DNA from: a virus
Taxonomy: Duplodnaviria; Caudoviricetes
Reading direction: 5' to 3' (one strand)
Virus record (IMG/VR): IMGVR_UViG_3300042350_003801
DNA length: 64,000 nucleotides
In this document: positions 58,588 to 64,000 of the stretch, one piece after another
Layout: every line of letters begins with the position of its first letter
How positions within the stretch are numbered: position 1 is the first letter of the stretch
The notes under the pieces: generated by a model
The model's database searches: none
What the model saw: only the letters and a program-made list of their open reading frames with translations
What the model was told of the DNA's origin: nothing
Made by a program: the position numbers and the translations under genes

Positions 58588-59276
58588 AAGTCGTTAAAAG
58601 AACTGTCAGGTTCTAGGGCAATAACATATTCAAGTTCTTGGTTTGCATTGCTGAACTTGGAAGCAAATCTACCGCCAGGAAAACGGGCGATATCCAGTTG
58701 ATAAGAGCCAGGAAGAATCATAATGTTCTTCTCTACGAAGTTAAGAGCGAACTCATTTTCAGTTGTTCCTAGAGTAATGTTGTAACTCTTTGATGTTGTT
58801 TCTTCTTTATTGTGAACAACAAGTTCTACTTGCCCTTCTGCACCAACAAGAGAAAGGTCAGTAAGAAAGTACATACTTGCAGCCTTACGAACACGTTCAA
58901 TAACATCAGAATCAAGATTTACACTGAGAACAATATCTTCAAAAGGAAAGTCTTGAGTAGGAATGTTAAGATTCTTAGTCAGTGAAAACAGGTCAGCATA
59001 ATAAAACTTCATCTTAGTGTGTCCTTGGCTGACGAGAATATAATGTTCATCTGAAAAATCTACATCGGCGTCTTTATGGAGCGAGAAAATATTCAAAAAT
59101 TGACGCAGTTCATAAATCGGAATATCACGGGGAAATGTTTCGGCAACAGTAGTCTTGGCAAAAACATTACGCTCAGAGTTAATAGTTCGGATAACATTTC
59201 CAGGTGAAATAACAATAGAGTTATTAATTGTCGAAAAGTTTTTCAATAGTTCAATAGTTTCAGGAGAAAGTCTCAT
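58584..59276 (-). CDS. gp45: sliding clamp
   Basis: LLKNFSTINNSI, IYELRQFL, YVIALEPDS. Confidence 0.95.
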   Translation of the reverse strand: MRLSPETIELLKNFSTINNSIVISPGNVIRTINSERNVFAKTTVAETFPRDIPIYELRQFLNIFSLHKDADVDFSDEHYILVSQGHTKMKFYYADLFSLTKNLNIPTQDFPFEDIVLSVNLDSDVIERVRKAASMYFLTDLSLVGAEGQVELVVHNKEETTSKSYNITLGTTENEFALNFVEKNIMILPGSYQLDIARFPGGRFASKFSNANQELEYVIALEPDSSFNDL

Positions 59277-59574
59277 ATTGTTCAGTAGTAGGTTTATCGT
59301 GATTTGAGAAATGAAATAGAAAGATGCCGAAATGAATAATCTTTAGACAATCAGCCTTAGAAAGTCCGTTCTTCTTTCCATATCTGCTTGCATATTTGAT
59401 AATGCTAGAGCGCGAAAATGGAATACCATCTCCAATCGCTGAAATCAGGTCCATTGCCTGAACTCCATTTTCTCCAACATAATGAGCACCATATGTGCCA
59501 ATTAAATATTCTTCAATCTGATTGAGGATTTCACCCTCGTTATATTTCCAAAAGTGCTGGTTTTTATCTGTCAT
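59260..59574 (-). CDS. conserved T4-like hypothetical protein (DUF3310-like)
   Basis: TYGAHY, IKYASRYGKK, DCLKIIHF pattern. Confidence 0.6.
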   Translation of the reverse strand: MTDKNQHFWKYNEGEILNQIEEYLIGTYGAHYVGENGVQAMDLISAIGDGIPFSRSSIIKYASRYGKKNGLSKADCLKIIHFGIFLFHFSNHDKPTTEQYETFS

Positions 59575-59642
59575 AAGTTTTCTTCCTTGAATAGTAATGT
59601 ATCACTAAAAACACATTAGCGGTGCTTATGTGTGCCAGTTCG

Positions 59643-61364
59643 TCAAGTGGCACGGGCAATGCGGCTGAAGTTACCCTGCTTCTCAAATTCAATAACGTGC
59701 TCAAACTTTTCTGTCACTCCTTCTCGATGAGAAATAATGAACGTATTAGTATCAGTAAAGACATACTTGATAATTTTAATGAATTCTTCCATACCAGATT
59801 CATCAAGTGAACTGTCTAAAATCTCATCAAAGATGAGCAGATTTGTATTAGTTGAGTTCTTGATTTTTACAAGTTCTCTAAACGTCCAAAGAATGCTAAG
59901 ATTAATTCGTTGTTTCTGTCCTTCTGAGAATGAACTATAAGAAAAATTATCATATAAAGGCGAGTTAATTGTTTCATTGAACTCTTCATCAAAGTTGAAG
60001 TTGATGAACATATCCATCGTATTGAGATACTTGTTAATCAGCTGATTGATTACTGGTAGATACTTCCGAATAATTCTAGTCTTAACTCCGCCATCTTTAA
60101 GAAGACCACTCATATACTCATAATACTGCAGTGAATCCTTCTTCTTAATAAAGTCAGATTGAATTTGCAGTAAATCGGTCTCAAGTTGAGATAGCTTTTC
60201 ATTTTCGCTATTGCGATTTTGAATACTTTCTTGAATGGATTCAATCTCCTGATTCAATTCAGAAATCTGCTTTTGAGCATGAGTGATTTGAATATTATGA
60301 GACTGAATCCTCTGATTAAGTTGTATAATTTGTTGAGATAGTTTTGTGAAAGTTCCTTGTTTTTCATCTTCTTTTTCAATTGCATCAGTTAGTTCTTTAA
60401 ATGCAACAGTTAATTCCTCTGATGATTTTTGATACTCCCCGATTTTGGAGTGTTTGAAACCTTCGTCAATTTCTTGAGTGCAAGTTGGACAAACTGAATT
60501 TTCGGTAAAGAACTTAAGGTCTTTATTAATTGTTCCAATTCTCTGGGATAGTTTACCCTTTAAGGTTCCAAGTTTCTTAAGTTTTTCTCCAGACGAAGAA
60601 ACATCAACGATTGTTTGGTTAAGTTCTTCTACTTTCTCTTCAATCTTTGTGTTATTTTCTAGGGTTTTATCAATGAAGTTTGTTAACTCTTCAATTCGTG
60701 ATTGCTTTTCGTTGATTCTGTTGTTGCCTTCTTTTTCAATCCCTTCAATGAAACTTCTTTGCATTACTGCTTTTTCGTGAAGATGAGTCTCTGAAACGTT
60801 TAGTTGCTTCAGTTCATCTTTGATTGTCTTTAGTTTATCTTTAAGAATAACATTCATTGAAGAGAAGATACGAATATCTAACAAGTCTTCAATAATTTCC
60901 CGTCTTGATGCAAGGGGCAATTGCATAAATGGCACATAGTTACTGCTACCAAGAATAACAATTTGAATGAACGTCTTATAGTTCATCTTTAGAACATTTT
61001 GCTCAAACCACTTTTGTTGATCTACGGCAGAGGCATCTTGCTCAATTAATTGCCCATTTCTATACAGTTCAAAAATATTTGGTTTAAGACCTCTTCTCAC
61101 CATCCATTGCGTTTGGTTTGCTGAAAACTCTAGTTCAACTACACAGTCTTTTTCATTAATTGAGTTAATCAGTTGTGGAAGATTAACTGGTCTATATGCT
61201 TTCTTGAATAGGGCAAATGTAATAGATTCAATAACCGTTGACTTTGAACTTCCGTTTTTACCAATAAGAAGTGTTGTTGGGTTTTTATTCAGTTCAATCT
61301 CAACAAAATTATTACCAACGGAAAGGAGGTTCTTATAGCGTACTTTCTCTAAGGTTATCATCAA
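59643..61364 (-). CDS. gp46: recombination endonuclease ATPase subunit (SbcC/Rad50-like)
   Basis: GKNGSSKS, CPTC zinc hook, FSEGQKQR, LIFDE. Confidence 0.95.
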   Translation of the reverse strand: MMITLEKVRYKNLLSVGNNFVEIELNKNPTTLLIGKNGSSKSTVIESITFALFKKAYRPVNLPQLINSINEKDCVVELEFSANQTQWMVRRGLKPNIFELYRNGQLIEQDASAVDQQKWFEQNVLKMNYKTFIQIVILGSSNYVPFMQLPLASRREIIEDLLDIRIFSSMNVILKDKLKTIKDELKQLNVSETHLHEKAVMQRSFIEGIEKEGNNRINEKQSRIEELTNFIDKTLENNTKIEEKVEELNQTIVDVSSSGEKLKKLGTLKGKLSQRIGTINKDLKFFTENSVCPTCTQEIDEGFKHSKIGEYQKSSEELTVAFKELTDAIEKEDEKQGTFTKLSQQIIQLNQRIQSHNIQITHAQKQISELNQEIESIQESIQNRNSENEKLSQLETDLLQIQSDFIKKKDSLQYYEYMSGLLKDGGVKTRIIRKYLPVINQLINKYLNTMDMFINFNFDEEFNETINSPLYDNFSYSSFSEGQKQRINLSILWTFRELVKIKNSTNTNLLIFDEILDSSLDESGMEEFIKIIKYVFTDTNTFIISHREGVTEKFEHVIEFEKQGNFSRIARAT

Positions 61365-61620
61365 AAATCACAGGAGGGACAACAATATCGTCTGGTCTAA
61401 TAATCGTATATTTTGTATTTGTTAATTCACAAGTTATAAGAAGTTGCTTATCTTCATATTCAAAAATTTCAGTTTTAGGGTATCCACTTTCTTCAAGTTG
61501 CATTGCGAATCTTGAAACATCATCCTCTTCTTGAAACAAATAGATTACCTTTTCTCCTTTTTCATTGATAACGGAAAAGGCACCTTTTTCTTCAGAACCT
61601 TTCATTGAAATTAAAAACAT
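61333..61620 (-). CDS. conserved hypothetical protein between gp47 and gp46
   Basis: ORF track; position in the operon. Confidence 0.65.
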   Translation of the reverse strand: MFLISMKGSEEKGAFSVINEKGEKVIYLFQEEDDVSRFAMQLEESGYPKTEIFEYEDKQLLITCELTNTKYTIIRPDDIVVPPVIFDDNLRESTL

Positions 61621-62666
61621 TAGACTAACTCACAAGCTTCTTTATGTATTTCGGAGAGAATAAGTTTGAGTTTTTCTTTATTTAAATCAATTTCACTTTC
61701 CTCAACGAATCGTTGAATTAATGTAAAGGTATCCTCATTCTCTAAAGAAACATCAAACTCTTGTTCTACTTCTTGAGAATAGTTCTCAATAATTTTTAGG
61801 TCTGCAACTCCAACTGAATAGAAACTAGTAATAAACTGGTCAAATAAAACATTATCGGATTTCTTTCTTACGATGACTTTAATGATTTTACCGGCATAAG
61901 AATCAAAGTCAAAATCTTCAATATCAGTATCTTCGTAATAAACGTAATCAAACAGCGAGTAAGGATTGTTTACATATGCGTGTTTAAGGGTTTCAGTATC
62001 AAAAACAACAAATCCTCTCTGGTCTCCTGCATCATTGAAGAACATTTCATAAGGGTTTCCGATATAGTAGACTGTTCCGTTATCTGAGCGAGTATGATAA
62101 TGTCCAGTAAACACCTTTTTAAATCTTGAGAAAATATCTGGGTCTCGTCCATCTTCCATTGCGGTTCCACGATTGACATAGAATCCGTTAAGTTCAAGAT
62201 GGCCCATTACAACTTTTGCCTTAGTTGTCTCAATAAGTTTTAGCGTTTCCGCCTCGTTTTCTTGATTAATCCAAGGAACAAAAAGAACCGGGAGTTTATC
62301 AAGATTTACAATAGTCGGAGACGAGTAAGTTTGAATGTTTGGATATTGATTGAGAAGTAGTTCAGGTGTATTAATCCTGTTTGTATTGCGGTAATAAGAC
62401 GTATGATTTCCAACAATTGTATGAACCCGGCAGTTTAGGGCTTCTAGCCTATCATAAAAGTTAGTCTTTGCCCATTCAACAGTTGTAAGATCCAAGGTCT
62501 TTCGGTTATCAAATGTATCCCCCATATCAACAATGGTTGTGATATTGTTCTCTTCAATGAAGGGAAAGAACACATCATTATAGAACTTCAAGAAGTAATC
62601 GTGAAAGACTGTTGATTGTCTTTTGAATCCGAAGTGAGAATCAGAGAAGATAATGACACGGCTCAT
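61620..62666 (-). CDS. gp47: recombination endonuclease nuclease subunit (SbcD/Mre11-like)
   Basis: SDSHFG, GDTFD, GNH, GHLE, GHYH. Confidence 0.95.
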   Translation of the reverse strand: MSRVIIFSDSHFGFKRQSTVFHDYFLKFYNDVFFPFIEENNITTIVDMGDTFDNRKTLDLTTVEWAKTNFYDRLEALNCRVHTIVGNHTSYYRNTNRINTPELLLNQYPNIQTYSSPTIVNLDKLPVLFVPWINQENEAETLKLIETTKAKVVMGHLELNGFYVNRGTAMEDGRDPDIFSRFKKVFTGHYHTRSDNGTVYYIGNPYEMFFNDAGDQRGFVVFDTETLKHAYVNNPYSLFDYVYYEDTDIEDFDFDSYAGKIIKVIVRKKSDNVLFDQFITSFYSVGVADLKIIENYSQEVEQEFDVSLENEDTFTLIQRFVEESEIDLNKEKLKLILSEIHKEACELV

Positions 62667-63166
62667 CAGTAACGCATCCTTGAATGAACTGCATCTTTAA
62701 TGCTATTGTAATCAGAATAGTTTGAATTATCTGAATTACCATTGTCTTCAGTGAAGACCTGTTCGTAACCATTTCTTTCAAGTAATCTATCATACAGTTC
62801 TAGATTTCTTTTCTCTTGCTTGATTCTACGAACAAATGCCCAGTAACAAATTTGTGTAAAATATGCAAATGGATTTTTGGTTACGTCTGGATTGAAGTTT
62901 AGAACATACTTTACACAATCAGTATAGCCATCTGAAATCATTGAGTCTTTACTTGGGTAGTTCACGAAGTTTGGCTTGAAACTCAAGTGAGTAGCAATCT
63001 TCAGGAAACATTCACCAATATAGTTTGGAATACGAGGCTTTGGTCGGTTTTCACTTTCTGCTTCCCTAACTTGATCTTTGTATATAATCAGGGCATCATA
63101 GAAGTCGGAATTATTAACATAATGTACGACTCTCTTCTTTTTTCTCATTACTGATGTAGTAATCAT
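62666..63166 (-). CDS. gp55: late transcription sigma factor
   Basis: HYVNNSDF, YIGECFLKIA, NPFAYFTQICYWAF. Confidence 0.95.
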   Translation of the reverse strand: MITTSVMRKKKRVVHYVNNSDFYDALIIYKDQVREAESENRPKPRIPNYIGECFLKIATHLSFKPNFVNYPSKDSMISDGYTDCVKYVLNFNPDVTKNPFAYFTQICYWAFVRRIKQEKRNLELYDRLLERNGYEQVFTEDNGNSDNSNYSDYNSIKDAVHSRMRY

Positions 63167-63366
63167 TCATTCCTCTTTCGTTTTCTAATATTTTCAAGTA
63201 GTTCTTCTAGAGCGCGATTTTGTTCTCTCAATTTCTCGGTTTCTTCTCTTATCTTGATTTCTTCTTCTCTTAATCGTTTTGTTTCTTCTCTTAGCCTGAT
63301 TTCTTCTTCTCTTAACGATAACGTCTTTTCTCTAAGAGCCCGTATGATTCTATTTGATTCAAACAT
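63163..63366 (-). CDS. short coiled-coil protein made of 7-aa repeats
   Basis: REEEIRL REETKRL REEEIKI REETEKL REQNRAL. Confidence 0.55.
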   Translation of the reverse strand: MFESNRIIRALREKTLSLREEEIRLREETKRLREEEIKIREETEKLREQNRALEELLENIRKRKRNE

Positions 63367-63555
63367 TTATCCGTCTTTTTATCTCATAGGAGACTAGCAT
63401 ACTATCTTGATTTTGTCAAGCCCCCTATGGTATTGTCAGCATTTACTCACGTAGTATTTCTACCTATTGACAAACTCTTTAAAGTCTGCTACGCTCCGCT
63501 TTGTCAAAAGTGATAAACCAGTAGTATTCAATAATATTAAAGAGTATTAAAGTCA

Positions 63556-63942
63556 TCAAGAACCATTGAAGATTCGTTCAAGTTTGTTCTTTGCCTCAGA
63601 TACAGTGCCAACGTAACCCATAGTTGAACTAATCTTCTCCTCGTTATATCGGGTGTTCTCACGAGAAGCAACATATTTATTGTGCATTTTAATAAGTTCA
63701 GCATCCTCTAATTCGGACATAGTAAGAACATCCTCTTTATTAATAACGAAAATACCTTCATTACCAATCTTAATCCAAGGTTCTACTGAATATGCAGGAC
63801 CACGTTTGGACTTAACAAATGAAATAGTAACAGGATGGTATAAAAGGATAACTTCCTTACCATTTTCTTCTGTTGGACTTACTTGAGCAAAGAATTCTTC
63901 ACCATTCTTTAACTTTACAACTGCATAAAATTCTTCTTCCAT
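63556..63942 (-). CDS. conserved cyanophage hypothetical protein
   Basis: VKLKNGEE...PW motif; sits between uvsW and gp55. Confidence 0.65.
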   Translation of the reverse strand: MEEEFYAVVKLKNGEEFFAQVSPTEENGKEVILLYHPVTISFVKSKRGPAYSVEPWIKIGNEGIFVINKEDVLTMSELEDAELIKMHNKYVASRENTRYNEEKISSTMGYVGTVSEAKNKLERIFNGS

Positions 63943-64000
63943 TTAATCTCCTAACTTGATTGTTTTAATGTCATATTCAAATTCTTCTTCATTATAGTTT
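63943..64000 (-). CDS. 3' end of a gene cut by the window edge, probably the UvsW helicase
   Basis: translates to ...YNEEEFEYDIKTIKLGD*; position consistent with T4-like gene order. Confidence 0.55.
   Translation of the reverse strand, partial: NYNEEEFEYDIKTIKLGD

Noticed and set aside
1221-63886. The many short plus-strand and nested ORFs in the track (e.g. 1221-1463, 13743-14111, 29639-30022, 30092-30607, 50352-50714, 57685-58020)
   Set aside because: They lie antisense to or inside well-supported minus-strand genes and have no motifs or promoters; treated as shadow ORFs.

Overview
A 64-kb segment of a T4-like myophage, most likely a freshwater cyanophage (inferred from hsp20, speD, mazG, rlpA, T4 replication genes and AT-rich DNA). 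Nearly all genes are on the minus strand. From high to low coordinates it holds: the uvsW 3' end, gp55, gp47, gp46, gp45, gp44, an intact-looking tnpB, gp62, regA, hsp20, gp43, uvsX, gp41 (fractured by a split intein with a free-standing endonuclease between the halves), mazG, candidate capsid-internal proteins, gp61, nrdA (mini-intein) and nrdB. Below these lie a cell-wall enzyme pair, a tRNA/ncRNA region, small early ORFs, Pth2, Dps, a nine-gene glycosylation cluster and assorted accessory genes. The main new observation is a candidate RNA-guided homing (gene-drive) system built on TnpB. Two related elements, one with tnpB (55695-57089) and one carrying only a promoter plus guide-RNA scaffold (2635-2937), both insert at ATGTAT near the 3' end of a gene and both end in TTACTAT. 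Each supplies a recoded replacement 3' end for the gene it interrupts, and each leaves the old 3' end where the guide would lie. A second notable element is a promoter-driven ncRNA (26836-26990) that reproduces the L11-binding H43/H44 domain of 23S rRNA with a ~95-nt inserted helix. Also present are a group I intron in tRNA-Arg(UCU) next to a free-standing PD-(D/E)XK endonuclease, a shared late-promoter/antisense control module on three nuclease genes, an atypical tRNA with a UAU anticodon, and a four-member Ala-rich 12-bp-repeat gene family. All functional interpretations come from the sequence alone and are untested.
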